Positions 1 to 9,846 of a stretch of DNA of 32,000 nucleotides are shown one piece after another. The notes beneath the pieces are model-generated. The model was given only the letters and a program-made list of their open reading frames with translations. It did not search any database and was not told the DNA's origin. The stretch is taken from positions 300,001 through 332,000 of the forward strand of contig NZ_CP010341.1 in assembly GCF_000940845.1 (NCBI RefSeq), given 5' to 3'. How positions within the stretch are numbered: the stretch's first letter is position 1; every line of letters begins with the position of its first letter. The translations under genes and the position numbers were made by a program. The DNA is from Propionibacterium freudenreichii subsp. freudenreichii. GTDB lineage: Bacteria; Actinomycetota; Actinomycetes; Propionibacteriales; Propionibacteriaceae.

Positions 1-848
1 CCTTCGGCAAGGTGACCATCGAGAAGGCCCCCCAGCGCGTCGTCGCGCTCGGCTGGGGCGACGCTGAGACCGCACTGGCGCTCGGCGTGCAGCCGGTGGG
101 CGCGTCCGACTGGCTGAACTTCGGTGGCGAGGGCGTCGGCCCGTGGGCCAAGGGCCTGTACACCACCGCGCCGACGATCATCGGCACGATGGAGCCCAAC
201 TACGAGCAGATCGCCAGCCTCAAGCCCGACCTGATCCTCGACGTGAAGAGCAGCGGCGACAAGGATCGCCATGATCGCCTCGCGCAGATCGCCACCACCG
301 TCGGCATCCCCGAGGGCGGCACCAGCTACCTGACCACCATGGACCAGGAGGTGACCATGATCGCCACCGCGCTGGGCCAGCCCGCCAAGGGCAAGGAGCT
401 GCTCGACGCGGCGGATGCCAGCTACAAGAAGGTGGCCGACGCCCATCCGCAGTGGAAGGACAAGACCGTCACCGTGGCCACGCGCACCAGCGAGGGTTGG
501 GGCGCCTACATCGAGGGCGACACCCGCCTGGCCTCGCTGGAGAAGCTGGGATTCAAGCAGAATCCGACCATCGCCTCGATGACGCCCAGCAGCTCGGGAT
601 TCTCGGTGAGCGTGTCCAGTGAGCAGCTGTCGGCGTTCAATGCCGACCTGATCGTGGCCTTCCCGATCTACATCGACACCACCCAGATCACCGACGATGC
701 GCAGTGGAAGCAGCTGTCCACCGTGCAGGCCGGCCATGACGCGGTGATCGACGGCGACCTGTCCAGTTCCTTCGCGGTGGGTTCCCCGTTGGCCGTGAAC
801 TACATGCTCGACAACATGGTGCCGAAGCTCGAGAAGGCCACGGCCTGA
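1..848 (+). CDS. ABC transporter substrate-binding protein, iron-siderophore (TroA/FepB-like) class; 5' end lies outside the window
   Basis: The frame is open from base 3 (FGKVTIEKAPQRVVALGWGDAETALALGVQPVG...). The G-x-V-x-I-x3-P-x-RVV-x-L motif followed by a GV.PVG segment is typical of periplasmic siderophore/cobalamin binding proteins. GC3 bias is strong. The listed GTG at 12 is probably internal. Confidence 0.8.
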   Translation, partial: FGKVTIEKAPQRVVALGWGDAETALALGVQPVGASDWLNFGGEGVGPWAKGLYTTAPTIIGTMEPNYEQIASLKPDLILDVKSSGDKDRHDRLAQIATTVGIPEGGTSYLTTMDQEVTMIATALGQPAKGKELLDAADASYKKVADAHPQWKDKTVTVATRTSEGWGAYIEGDTRLASLEKLGFKQNPTIASMTPSSSGFSVSVSSEQLSAFNADLIVAFPIYIDTTQITDDAQWKQLSTVQAGHDAVIDGDLSSSFAVGSPLAVNYMLDNMVPKLEKATA

Positions 849-915
849 CCCGGCGCACCAGCACCTGACCCGGTGCCGACCCTCGCGGCGGCGCGGTCGG
901 GCGAAGAAAGCCGAA

Positions 916-952
916 GGAAAGGGCGGGCACCCACTGGGTGCCCGCCCTTTCC
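916..952. terminator. Bidirectional intrinsic-terminator-like hairpin between convergent genes
   Basis: Perfect 17-bp stem GGAAAGGGCGGGCACCC / GGGTGCCCGCCCTTTCC with a 3-nt loop. It lies between the stop of the binding-protein gene (848) and the stop of ppgK (1019). Confidence 0.75.
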
Positions 953-1018
953 TTGTGCGAGGTTGACGCGCGTGATCGATGGCGCGTGATTGCGCGTGGC
1001 TGGTCGGTTACCGCGCCG

Positions 1019-1822
1019 CTAGGCCGGCACCGACGCGATGCGCTGTGCGCCGGGCGGCACGTCGGCACCGACGCGCAACGACGCGGCCAGCGCGGCCCCG
1101 ATCGTGCCGGCGCCATTGCGCAGGCTGGCCGGAACGATCGGCGTCTGCAGGTTGAGCAGCGGCAGGAACCGCTTGTACTCACGGCTCACCCCGCCGCCCA
1201 CGATGAACAGGTCGGGCCACAGCAGCTTCTCCAGGGTGGAGTAATAGCGCTGCAGGTGCTTGGCCCATTTCTTGTAGCTGATGTGCTCGCGTTCCATGTA
1301 CGACGACGCCGCGCGGCTCTCGGCATCGCGGCCATTGATCTCGATGTGCCCGAACTCGGTGTTGGGCACCAGGCGTCCGTCATGGAACAGGGCGGTACCC
1401 ACGCCGGTACCCAACGTGGTCAGCACCACGGTGCCCTGCTTGCCACGGCCTGCGCCGTACTGCATCTCGGCCACCCCGGCGGCGTCGGCGTCGTTGACCA
1501 GCACCACCTCACGGCCGAGCTTCTCGGAGAGATAGGCGTCCGCGTCCAGGCCCACCCACGACTGGTCGAGGTTGGCCATGAAGGGCGTCACGCCGTGGAG
1601 CACCGGCGCCGGCACGGCGACGCCGATGGGACCGTCGATCTGATCGGCGAACTGCTCGATGATCGTGGCCATGGCCCCGGCACAAGCCTCCGGAGTGGAG
1701 GGCTGGGGCGTCAATACCTTGCGTCGCGGCACGGCCAACTCTCCGGCCTGGAGGTCCACCGGGGCACCCTTGATGCCCGAGCCGCCGACATCGATTCCCA
1801 ACACATGAGTCACGCCTCTCAT
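1019..1822 (-). CDS. ppgK: Polyphosphate glucokinase (ROK family)
   Basis: 267 aa. N-terminal ATPase motif [17 protein letters not shown], then [13 protein letters not shown] and [12 protein letters not shown], with a C-terminal GGGVS segment. This layout matches actinobacterial PPGK/ROK kinases. Confidence 0.9.
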   Translation of the reverse strand: MRGVTHVLGIDVGGSGIKGAPVDLQAGELAVPRRKVLTPQPSTPEACAGAMATIIEQFADQIDGPIGVAVPAPVLHGVTPFMANLDQSWVGLDADAYLSEKLGREVVLVNDADAAGVAEMQYGAGRGKQGTVVLTTLGTGVGTALFHDGRLVPNTEFGHIEINGRDAESRAASSYMEREHISYKKWAKHLQRYYSTLEKLLWPDLFIVGGGVSREYKRFLPLLNLQTPIVPASLRNGAGTIGAALAASLRVGADVPPGAQRIASVPA

Positions 1823-1883
1823 GGTACGAGGATGGCAACCCCGTGGGGCCCAGTTCGCCAGACCGCGTGGACGACGTCCGGCC

Positions 1884-3293
1884 TCAGCCGACCATTCCCA
1901 GCCAGCTCCAGTAGGTGAGCACCATGACGCTCATGAAGGCCGCGCCCAGCACGCTCATCACGGCACCGGTGCGGATCAGCTCGCGGGTGCTGATGAAGTC
2001 GGTGCCCATGGCCACGGCATTGGGCATATTGCTCACCGGCAGCAGGTACTGGTGGTTCATGTTCATGCCCAGGATCAGGCCGAACGACGCCTGGTTGGCG
2101 CCGATCGCGCCGGCGTGGGCGAGGATGATCGGGGTGAGGGCATTGGTCTTCGGACCGCCGCCGGTGAAGAACACCTGCAGGATGGTGATGAACCACAACA
2201 GGATGATCATCTGCACCGGGATCGACAGATGCGTGATGGGCCCGAACATGGTGGTGGCAAGCCATTTCGCGGCGCCCGAGGTGGTCAGCGCGGTGCCCAT
2301 CGACAGGCCGGCGCCGTACACCATGAACACATTCCACGGCACCTTCTCCTGGGCTTCCTTCCAATTGAGCACGCCCAGTCCGGGCAGCAACAACAGGATC
2401 ACCGCGATGATGCCCACCACGATCGTCGACAGCATCGGGGGCTCGGTGGCCCACAGCACCAGGGTGGCCATGAACACGGCCAGCGTGTACCACTCCGACT
2501 TCTTCACCGGTCCCAGTCGCGCCAGCTCACCGGAGATGTACTCCTTGGCGCCCTCGACGCGCGAAGTCTCCGGCTTCCACATGAGGCTGATGACCATCAC
2601 CGACAGCGCCGACAGCACGAAGGCCGGCGGGCCACCCACCTTGAACCACTCCGACCACGAGACGGTGTGGCCGGTGGCTGCCTGGATCAGGCCGACGGTG
2701 GCGGGGTTGCCCACATGGGCGGTCAGCACGCCGATGCTCATCATCGTGCCGCTCATGGCGACGATGAAGATGAGCGCCTTGACGATATTGCTCTTCCCCC
2801 GCTCGGCGCCGAAGGCCTGCCCGATGCCCATGATGATGGGCAGCATCAGTAGGGTGCGCGCGGTGATAGAGGGCACCAGGAAGGTGAGTACGGCCATCAC
2901 ACCCGCGATCGCCCAGTAGATCTTGAGGGCCGATCCACCGGCCAGCCGCACCACCGACAGGGCGATGCGTTCGCTCAGTCCGGACTTCTCCATCGCGGCG
3001 GCCATGATGAAGCCCACCACGATCAGCCACAGTGAGGTGTTCGAGAAGCCGGCGAACGAGCCGGCCAGGTTGGTGCCGCTCGACACCACCAACAACAGAA
3101 TGATGAGGAAGCCCGACAGGGCGTCCGACACGGCCTGGGTGACCCACACGATGATGGCGAACACCGCAACCGCCAGCGCGCCCTTGGCGCTGGGTGTCAG
3201 CGCTCCAGTGGTGGGGATGGCGAAGCGGACGAGCAGGAAGCCGAGCGTGGCAATGCCCAGAAAGATCCAGTTCTTGCGCATATGAACCTCCAA
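1884..3293 (-). CDS. DASS/SLC13-type anion (di/tricarboxylate or sulfate) permease
   Basis: 469-aa polytopic membrane protein of the ArsB/NhaD-DASS permease type. The second ATG at 3281 (MRKNWIFLG...) has a GGAGG 5 nt upstream and is the more likely start. Confidence 0.75.
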   Translation of the reverse strand: MEVHMRKNWIFLGIATLGFLLVRFAIPTTGALTPSAKGALAVAVFAIIVWVTQAVSDALSGFLIILLLVVSSGTNLAGSFAGFSNTSLWLIVVGFIMAAAMEKSGLSERIALSVVRLAGGSALKIYWAIAGVMAVLTFLVPSITARTLLMLPIIMGIGQAFGAERGKSNIVKALIFIVAMSGTMMSIGVLTAHVGNPATVGLIQAATGHTVSWSEWFKVGGPPAFVLSALSVMVISLMWKPETSRVEGAKEYISGELARLGPVKKSEWYTLAVFMATLVLWATEPPMLSTIVVGIIAVILLLLPGLGVLNWKEAQEKVPWNVFMVYGAGLSMGTALTTSGAAKWLATTMFGPITHLSIPVQMIILLWFITILQVFFTGGGPKTNALTPIILAHAGAIGANQASFGLILGMNMNHQYLLPVSNMPNAVAMGTDFISTRELIRTGAVMSVLGAAFMSVMVLTYWSWLGMVG

Positions 3294-3593
3294 CGTGGCG
3301 CGATCAGGATGCTAGGGGTGCTGCGGGCCCGTGCAGGGTGAGTCTCATCGGGGCAACGGCCGATAAGCTCAACATGGTTGGCGCCCGCACGCAGGGCTGC
3401 CCGCTGGGGGGGACGCCCCACGAGGTCACCGCGGAGCGTTGATCCGCGGGGTTCCTCGCAGCGCGTTGATTCGCGTGCAGGGAAAACCTACAGGTGTCGG
3501 GCCCCCAATGGGTGGTGTGGGGTGGACGCCTGTCACGAACGGGCGTCGTGCAGGCGCCCGGCAGACACGGACGACGACAGACAGGAAGCTTTG

Positions 3594-4568
3594 ATGAGTT
3601 GGTTGGTCACAGGTGGCGCCGGGTACATCGGCTCGCACATCGTGCAGGCATTCCAGCAGGCGGGCATCGATCCGGTGGTGATCGACGACCTGTCCAGCGG
3701 GCATGAGCACTTCGTGCCCGAGGGCGTGCCCTTCGTGCGCGGCTCGATCCTCGACACCGGCCTGGTGCAGCGCACGCTGGACGAGCACCATTGCGAGGGC
3801 GTGGTGCATGTGGCCGGGTTCAAGTACGCCGGCGTTTCGGTGACGCGTCCGCTGCACACCTACGACCAGAACGCCACCGGCACCGTCTCGGTGTTGCGCG
3901 CGATGCGCTCGGCCGGCGTCCACCGCTATGTGTTCAGCTCCTCGGCGTCGGTCTACGGCACCCCCGACGTCGACGAGGTCACCGAGCAGACCGCCCTGCA
4001 CCCCGAATCGCCCTACGGGGAGACCAAGCTGATCGGTGAATGGCTCAACCACGACATGGAGCCGGTGGACGACCAGTGGCAGGGCGTCAACCTGCGCTAT
4101 TTCAACGTGGTGGGCTCGGGCAGCGACCAGCTCTACGACACCAGCCCGCACAATCTCTTCCCGATCGTCTTCGACCTGCTGCTGAGCGGCGGCACGCCGA
4201 GGATCAATGGCGACGACTACCCGACCCCCGACGGCACCTGCGTGCGTGACTATGTGCACGTGGCCGACCTGGCCCGCTCGCATGTGGCCGCGGCCGAGCA
4301 GATGATGGCCGGCAAGAAGCTCGAGAAGGCCTACAACCTGGGCAGCGGCACCGGCTCGTCGGTGCGCGAGATCATGGACGCGATCGCCCGGGTCACCGGC
4401 ATCGCCTTCACCCCCGAGATCGCCCCGCGTCGGCCCGGAGACCCGGCCCGCATCGTGGCGCGCGGCGACAAGGCAGCCCGCGACATCGACTGGAAGATGC
4501 GCCACAGCCTCGACCAGATGGTGGAGTCGGCCTGGAATGCGCGCCGGGCCCACCCGCAGGGCGCCTGA
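3594..4568 (+). CDS. galE: UDP-glucose 4-epimerase
   Basis: MSWLVTGGAGYIGSH Rossmann motif, catalytic YGETK (Y-x3-K), and RYFNVVG and DYVHV motifs. AGGAAG lies 6-11 nt upstream of the ATG at 3594. The listed ORF start at 3378 adds an implausible Arg-rich leader. Confidence 0.9.
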   Translation: MSWLVTGGAGYIGSHIVQAFQQAGIDPVVIDDLSSGHEHFVPEGVPFVRGSILDTGLVQRTLDEHHCEGVVHVAGFKYAGVSVTRPLHTYDQNATGTVSVLRAMRSAGVHRYVFSSSASVYGTPDVDEVTEQTALHPESPYGETKLIGEWLNHDMEPVDDQWQGVNLRYFNVVGSGSDQLYDTSPHNLFPIVFDLLLSGGTPRINGDDYPTPDGTCVRDYVHVADLARSHVAAAEQMMAGKKLEKAYNLGSGTGSSVREIMDAIARVTGIAFTPEIAPRRPGDPARIVARGDKAARDIDWKMRHSLDQMVESAWNARRAHPQGA

Positions 4569-5288
4569 TCAGCGCGGGCCCACGGACAGGGGGCCCATCA
4601 GCCGGCCGGTGCCTCGCCGACGCGCTCGCCGGTGACCATGGTCACCGGATACTGCTGCAGGGCGGGGCGCATGGTCCACGGGGTGGGTAGCTGGGGGATC
4701 GGCTTGTCCATAGGGCAGGCCCAGCAGTCGGCGTCCACCACGACGCACGTGCATGCCCATGTCCACACTCGGGTCGAGCAGCCACTGGAACTGGATGCCG
4801 TCGGCCTGTGCCACGATCGCCGTGGCCACGCCCGCCGGGTAGACCACCTGCGGTACCAGCCCGGCCTGCGACATCTCGGTGATCCACGAGGTCAGCCAGC
4901 CGGCCAGCCGACGGTAGCGGCGCTCCAGGTAGTCGTGGGCCGGATGGTGCGGGTCGACGGCCGCCGCGGCGATCGTCAGGTAGAGCGTGACCAGCCCGGG
5001 CACCTTCATATTGGAGTCCATGATCTGGGCCAGCGATTCCACCGGATTGGTCTGGGCGTCGAGGTCGGAGCGGCGCACGTCCATCGCGTCGCGGTGCTGC
5101 AACACCGCACTGAGCAACTGCTCCTTGCTGTCGAAGTAGTGCATGATGCCGGCCGGTGTGATTTGTGCCCGTTCGGCGATGCCGCGCAGCGACGTGGCTC
5201 GATAGCCCTCGGTGGTGAATACCTCCAGGGCGGCGTCAAGGATTTCGAGCCGCTTGGCCGAACCCTTTGGATAGTGACGAAGAGTCAT
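4569..5288 (-). CDS. TetR/AcrR family transcriptional regulator
   Basis: N-terminal HTH: RLEILDAALEVFTTEGYRATSLRGIAERAQITPAGIMHYFDSKEQLL. It is divergent from the GH3 gene. Its stop codon abuts the galE stop (TGATCA). Confidence 0.9.
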   Translation of the reverse strand: MTLRHYPKGSAKRLEILDAALEVFTTEGYRATSLRGIAERAQITPAGIMHYFDSKEQLLSAVLQHRDAMDVRRSDLDAQTNPVESLAQIMDSNMKVPGLVTLYLTIAAAAVDPHHPAHDYLERRYRRLAGWLTSWITEMSQAGLVPQVVYPAGVATAIVAQADGIQFQWLLDPSVDMGMHVRRGGRRLLGLPYGQADPPATHPVDHAPRPAAVSGDHGHRRARRRGTGRLMGPLSVGPR

Positions 5289-5312
5289 GTTGGATAGTGA
5301 CGAAGAGTCATG
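5267..5312. repeat. Perfect 23-bp tandem duplication spanning the TetR start codon
   Basis: TTGGATAGTGACGAAGAGTCATG occurs at 5267-5289 and again at 5290-5312, read directly from the sequence. Confidence 0.95.
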
Positions 5313-5318
5313 CTGGCC

Positions 5319-5324
5319 AGTTTA
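5319..5324 (-). promoter_or_regulatory. Candidate -10 hexamer (TAAACT) for a leaderless TetR transcript
   Basis: On the minus strand, TAAACT is followed by 7 nt (GGCCAGC) and then the ATG at 5311. There is no Shine-Dalgarno sequence. This spacing is typical of leaderless actinobacterial mRNAs. No convincing -35 element. Confidence 0.3.
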
Positions 5325-5657
5325 AGTCGGAATGACTTCGTCGACGGTGCCCAGTGGTGGGAAGAATTGAATGGCGTACGGTAATTTGTGCCAGCCGAAT
5401 CGCCCCTGGATCATGGGCGGGAACGGCTCCTGGTCGGGGGGAGGACAGGTCCCTGACCAGGGGGAAGCACGTCGCCGACCGCGCTGGGCGCAGCGCCCGG
5501 GTGCCGCAGGCCGGATGGGCGTGCACAGCGCGCACAATTGTCGGCATAGCATGCACTGTGCGCGACGATCGATAGGTCTGCTCCTTTGTGCAAATCCCCC
5601 ACAATCACGTGCCGGCGGTGCGGGGAGGGCGCGGAGCGGGCGTGAAAGGAAGCAGCC

Positions 5658-8057
5658 ATGCCTGACCAACCCGCCCGGGCCGCATCCGTCCCTGAGTCCG
5701 AGCAGCGTCGTCAGGCACATCGGATCGTGAGTCGGCTCGCCCCCGACGAGAAGGCGGCGCTGCTGTCGGGTGCCGACGCATGGCACACGGTGGGGCTCGA
5801 CCGCCTCGACGTGGCGGCCGTCACCCTGGCCGACGGTCCGGCCGGGCTGCGCAAGGTGGCCGACCCCGAGGTCGGCGTCATGCGGTTTGACAACGCCGTG
5901 CGCGCCACCGCCTTCCCGGTGCCGGCCGCGCTGGGGAATTCGTTCGACCCCGATGTGGTGGCCATGGTGGGCCGCGCCATCGGCGAGGAGGCCCGCGAGC
6001 AGTCGGTGGGCGTGGTGCTCGGCCCGGGGATCAACATCAAGCGCTCCCCGTTGGGCGGGCGCAACTTCGAGTACTACTCCGAGGACCCGATCCTGTCGGG
6101 CCAGCTCGGCGCCGCCTGGGTGCAGGGCCTGCAGTCGTGCGGCGTCGGCGCCTGCGTGAAGCACTTCGCGGCGAACAACCAGGAGACCCGTCGCATGACC
6201 GCCGACGCGCTCATCGACGAGCAGACGCTGCACGAGGTGTACCTGAGGGCCTTCGAGCACGTGGTGCGCACCGCAGACCCGTGGACGCTCATGTGCGCCT
6301 ACAACAGGGTGAACGGCACCTATTGTTCCGAGAGCCACTGGCTGCTCACCGAGCTGTTGCGCGATCAATGGGGCTTCGACGGGCTCGTCGTGTCCGACTG
6401 GGGCGCGGTGCTCGACCGGGTGCGCTCGCTCGCCGCCGGCGTCGACCTGGCGATGCCGCCCGACCTGGCGCGCGACGCGGCGGACATCCAGTCGGCGATT
6501 GCCCGGGGCACGCTCAGCCCGCAGGGCCGTGACGAGGCATGCGCGCGGGTGGTCGAGCTGGCGCTGAAGGTGACCCAGGGCACCACCCGAGAGCTCGGAC
6601 GCCGGGTGGGTGCCCACCACCACGTGGCCCGCGAGGCCGCCGGACGCAGCATCGTGCTGCTGCGCAATCGTGCCGTCGACGCGAACAACCACGGCTCCGC
6701 CAATCCCGTGCTGCCGCTGGCCCATGGCGCGAAGCTGGCCGTGATCGGCGAGTTCGCCGCCAACCCGCGCTTCCGTGGCGGTGGATCCTCCCAGGTGATC
6801 CCGATGCTGCTCGACATCCCCCTGGACGAGATCCGCGGGCGTGCCGACGAACCCGTCCGCTACGAGGCCGGGTTCCTGCTGTCGGGCGAGTCGGACGACG
6901 AACTGGCCGACCGCGCCGTCGAGGCCGCCGAGGAGGCCGAGGTGGCCGTGGTGTTCGTCGGGCTGCCCGATGACGCCGAGTCGGAGGGCCTCGACCGCAC
7001 GTCCATCCTGCTGCCGGCGGTGCAGACCGGGCTGGTGCAGCGCATCGCCGCCGCCAATCCGCGCACCGTGGTGGTGCTGACCAATGGTGGCGTCGTGCAG
7101 CTGGCCGAGTGGTCGTCGGAGGTGCCGGCGCTGGTGGAGGCGTCGTTGCTCGGCGAGGCGGGCGGGTCGGCCATCGCCGACATGCTGTTCGGCGAGGTGA
7201 ACCCCTCGGGCAGGCTGGCCGAGACCATTCCGCTGCGGCTGCAGGACACCGCCGCCTATTTCAACTTTCCCGGCGACCGCAATCAGGTGCGCTATGCCGA
7301 GGGCCTGCACGTGGGCTACAAGTGGTACAACGCCAGCCAGCTGGAGGTGGCCTATCCCTTCGGCCACGGGCTGTCGTACACGCGGTTCAGCTACAACGGG
7401 CTGCACCTTGCGGCTGACGAGTCGGGGCTGCACGCCCGGTTCACCCTGCGCAATACCGGTGCCCGGGTGGGACGCGAGATCCCGCAGCTCTACGTGGCCC
7501 TGCGCGCTTCGGCCTATCGTCGGGCCGGTTTCGAGTTCAAGGCCAGCGCGGTGGTGCAGCTGGCCCCCGGTGAGCAGCGCGAGGTGACGCTGAGCGTGCC
7601 GCCTGCCGACCTGGGGGTCTGGGACGCCGACCTGCACCGGTGGTTGGTCGAGGGCGGTGACTACGACGTGGCCGTGGGGGCGTCGTCACGCGACATCCGG
7701 CTCAACGGCATCGTCACCGTGCGGGGCGAGGCCCGCCCGCGCACGCTGGATCGAAACTCCACCGTCAGCGAGTGGCTGTCGAGCCCGTTGATGGCCCAGT
7801 TCCTGGCCGTGCAACTGGCCAACCTGGCCACCGACCCCGCCGCCGCCACCGACGGCGCCGGCCCCCGCGACCCCCAGGAGTTCATGCGCCTCGCCCACGA
7901 CCTGCGCCTGTCGCAGCTGCCGGTGTTGGCGCCCCAGCTACACATCAGCCGTGAGCAGATCGACCAGCTGATCGCCGCCGCCGGCATGGATGCGCGGCCA
8001 CGGCCCCGCCGCATCGATGATTCCGTCGTCGAGGGCCCGGATGTGAGCCCCCGATGA
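5658..8057 (+). CDS. Glycoside hydrolase family 3 beta-glucosidase
   Basis: 799 aa. GH3 motifs are present: GPGINIKRSPLGGRNFEYYSEDP, KHFAANNQE and the nucleophile region GLVVSDWGA. A C-terminal FnIII-like region follows. AAAGGAAG RBS lies upstream. Confidence 0.9.
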   Translation: MPDQPARAASVPESEQRRQAHRIVSRLAPDEKAALLSGADAWHTVGLDRLDVAAVTLADGPAGLRKVADPEVGVMRFDNAVRATAFPVPAALGNSFDPDVVAMVGRAIGEEAREQSVGVVLGPGINIKRSPLGGRNFEYYSEDPILSGQLGAAWVQGLQSCGVGACVKHFAANNQETRRMTADALIDEQTLHEVYLRAFEHVVRTADPWTLMCAYNRVNGTYCSESHWLLTELLRDQWGFDGLVVSDWGAVLDRVRSLAAGVDLAMPPDLARDAADIQSAIARGTLSPQGRDEACARVVELALKVTQGTTRELGRRVGAHHHVAREAAGRSIVLLRNRAVDANNHGSANPVLPLAHGAKLAVIGEFAANPRFRGGGSSQVIPMLLDIPLDEIRGRADEPVRYEAGFLLSGESDDELADRAVEAAEEAEVAVVFVGLPDDAESEGLDRTSILLPAVQTGLVQRIAAANPRTVVVLTNGGVVQLAEWSSEVPALVEASLLGEAGGSAIADMLFGEVNPSGRLAETIPLRLQDTAAYFNFPGDRNQVRYAEGLHVGYKWYNASQLEVAYPFGHGLSYTRFSYNGLHLAADESGLHARFTLRNTGARVGREIPQLYVALRASAYRRAGFEFKASAVVQLAPGEQREVTLSVPPADLGVWDADLHRWLVEGGDYDVAVGASSRDIRLNGIVTVRGEARPRTLDRNSTVSEWLSSPLMAQFLAVQLANLATDPAAATDGAGPRDPQEFMRLAHDLRLSQLPVLAPQLHISREQIDQLIAAAGMDARPRPRRIDDSVVEGPDVSPR

Positions 8058-8457
8058 ACGCGGGGCGAACCCTTGACTTCGCCCCGGGGTCCGACGTCGA
8101 CCGATGGCGTCATACGGGCTGGTGGAGTGGTTCCCGAACCCCCTAGTCAGACCGGATTTTTCGCCCGTCACGAAGTCGCTGTTCCGCCGCTTGGTGTCTT
8201 TTGCGGTCCGGTTGATAACGGGGCTAGTGTCCAATCGTTTTGAATCGATTCGGGTGTGCCCGCGTCGACCAGGGGATCCTGCTCCACGGCAGGCTGCATT
8301 GCGTCCATACCTCGGGAACCACGCCGTTCCCGACGCGGCGGCAGCGCGCGGTGGGGCGGCATGTCTCACGTCTCACGGTGTGGTGGACCACTGCACCGGT
8401 CGATGCGCAGCACGGATCCAGTGGTGGCCGCCTCCATGCCCTTGACCAGGAGCAGTC

Positions 8458-9846
8458 ATGACCTCTGGCACATCCCCGTCACAGGGATCTCCACAAGTTC
8501 TCACCACTACCGGCTTCGACGAGGTGGACACCCCGCAGATGCGCCGCTTCCAGCGACGTGTCACCCTGCTGTCCGCCGGCGGCACCTTCCTGGACGGCTT
8601 TGACCTCACGGTGATCGCCGTGGCGCTGCCGCTGATCAAGGACGAATGGCACATCACCGCGCTGCAGCAGTCGATCATCGTGTCGGCGGCCCTGGTCGGT
8701 TCGCTGATCGGTGCCCTGTGGCTCGGCCACCTGACCGACCGCCATGGCCGCAAGGCCATGTACGTGATCGACCTGCTCGGCTTCGTGGTCTTCGGGGCGC
8801 TCACCGCCTTCGCCCCCTCGGTGTTGTGGCTGATCATCTTCCGCTTCCTGCTGGGCCTGGGCATCGGCGCTGACTATCCGATTTCGGCGACGCTGGTCTC
8901 GGAGTTCTCGTCGAACAAGCGGCGGGGCATGCATTCCACCTCGCTGGCCGCGTTCTGGTTCGTCGGCTCGGTGTTCGCCTACATCGTGGGCCTCATCGTG
9001 GCGCCGATGGGCGACCTCGCCTGGCGCGCGATGCTGCTGGTGGGTGCCGCCGTGGCGCTGGTCGTGTTCTTCATGCGCATCAAGCTGCCCGAGTCGCCGC
9101 GCTGGCTCATCGCCCACGGCCGTGAGCAGGACGCCCGCGAGGTGATGCACCGTGTCACCGGCCTGCAGGTGGCCGAGCACATCAAGCTCGTGGTGCCCGA
9201 GGCAGTGCCGGCCCGCAAGCTGTTCACCCCGCGCTTCCTGAAGCGCACGATCTTCACCTGTGGTTTCTGGTTCTGCTATTCCACCGCCTACTACGCGATC
9301 TCGATGTACACCCCGACGATCCTTGCCCCGTTCACCAAGGGCGACCGCACTGCCAACATCGTCGGTTCGGGCGTGGTGGCCATCATCGGCCTCATCGGGT
9401 CGATCATCGGCATGAACACCGTCGACCGCTGGGGGCGTCGTCCGCTGATCATCACCAGCTTCGCCGGCCTCACCATCTCGCTGGCCATCATCGGCGTGAA
9501 CACCTCGCCCAGCCTGGGCTTCCTCATCGTGCTGTTCTCGTCGGCGGTGCTGTTCGCCAACGCCGGCGGCGGCATCCTCAACTTCGTCTACCCGGTGGAG
9601 CTGTTCCCCACCAACATCCGCGCGACCGCCTCGGGCCTGGCCACCTCGGTGAGCCGCTTCGGCTCGATCCTGGGCGTGCTGGTGTTCCCGAACGTGGTGA
9701 AGGCCTGGGGCCAGAACTCGGCCATCTGGATCTTCGCGGCCGTGGGTGCGCTGGGGACCATCATCTGTATCGCGCTGGCGCCCGAGACGAAGAATCGTAC
9801 GCTCGAGGAGTTGAATCCCGAACCGGGGGAGCCCGCACATGTCTGA
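8458..9846 (+). CDS. MFS transporter (sugar-porter / metabolite:H+ symporter type)
   Basis: 462 aa, about 12 TM segments. Motifs GHLTDRHGRK and LPESPRWL are present. AGGAG lies 5 nt upstream of the ATG. Confidence 0.85.
   Translation: MTSGTSPSQGSPQVLTTTGFDEVDTPQMRRFQRRVTLLSAGGTFLDGFDLTVIAVALPLIKDEWHITALQQSIIVSAALVGSLIGALWLGHLTDRHGRKAMYVIDLLGFVVFGALTAFAPSVLWLIIFRFLLGLGIGADYPISATLVSEFSSNKRRGMHSTSLAAFWFVGSVFAYIVGLIVAPMGDLAWRAMLLVGAAVALVVFFMRIKLPESPRWLIAHGREQDAREVMHRVTGLQVAEHIKLVVPEAVPARKLFTPRFLKRTIFTCGFWFCYSTAYYAISMYTPTILAPFTKGDRTANIVGSGVVAIIGLIGSIIGMNTVDRWGRRPLIITSFAGLTISLAIIGVNTSPSLGFLIVLFSSAVLFANAGGGILNFVYPVELFPTNIRATASGLATSVSRFGSILGVLVFPNVVKAWGQNSAIWIFAAVGALGTIICIALAPETKNRTLEELNPEPGEPAHV

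Noticed and set aside
3430-3475. Two copies of GCGTTGAT(C/T)CGCG in the galE / DASS divergent intergenic region, as a possible operator
   Set aside because: The elements are short (13 bp) and GC-rich, and I have no regulator to link them to. They could easily arise by chance, so they are not reported as a feature.
3378-3593. Extended N-terminus of galE (listed ORF start at 3378)
   Set aside because: The extension is Arg-rich and lacks GC3 periodicity. The Rossmann motif starts immediately after the ATG at 3594, which has a good RBS.
5528-5567. Inverted repeat CGCGCACA-N20-TGTGCGCG in the TetR / GH3 intergenic region, as a possible TetR operator
   Set aside because: It is plausible in location, but the arms are only 8 bp and the spacing is atypically long for TetR operators. 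I cannot separate it from chance GC-rich palindromes without comparative data.
5322-7637. 771-aa ORF antisense to the GH3 gene. Similar long antisense or off-frame ORFs occur at 938-1918, 1821-2852, 1915-2919, 3426-4553, 8479-9933, 9761-11467, 12602-13825, 21586-22896 and 21597-22742.
   Set aside because: Their translations are Arg/Gly/His/Pro-rich low-complexity strings with no motifs. Each overlaps an opposite-strand or other-frame gene that has clear family signatures and proper GC3 bias. This is the classic high-GC stop-codon-poor artefact.
8062-8085. Hairpin GGGGCGAA-N8-TTCGCCCC after the GH3 gene, as a possible terminator
   Set aside because: The stem is only 8 bp and has no downstream T-tract, so the evidence is too weak for a terminator call.
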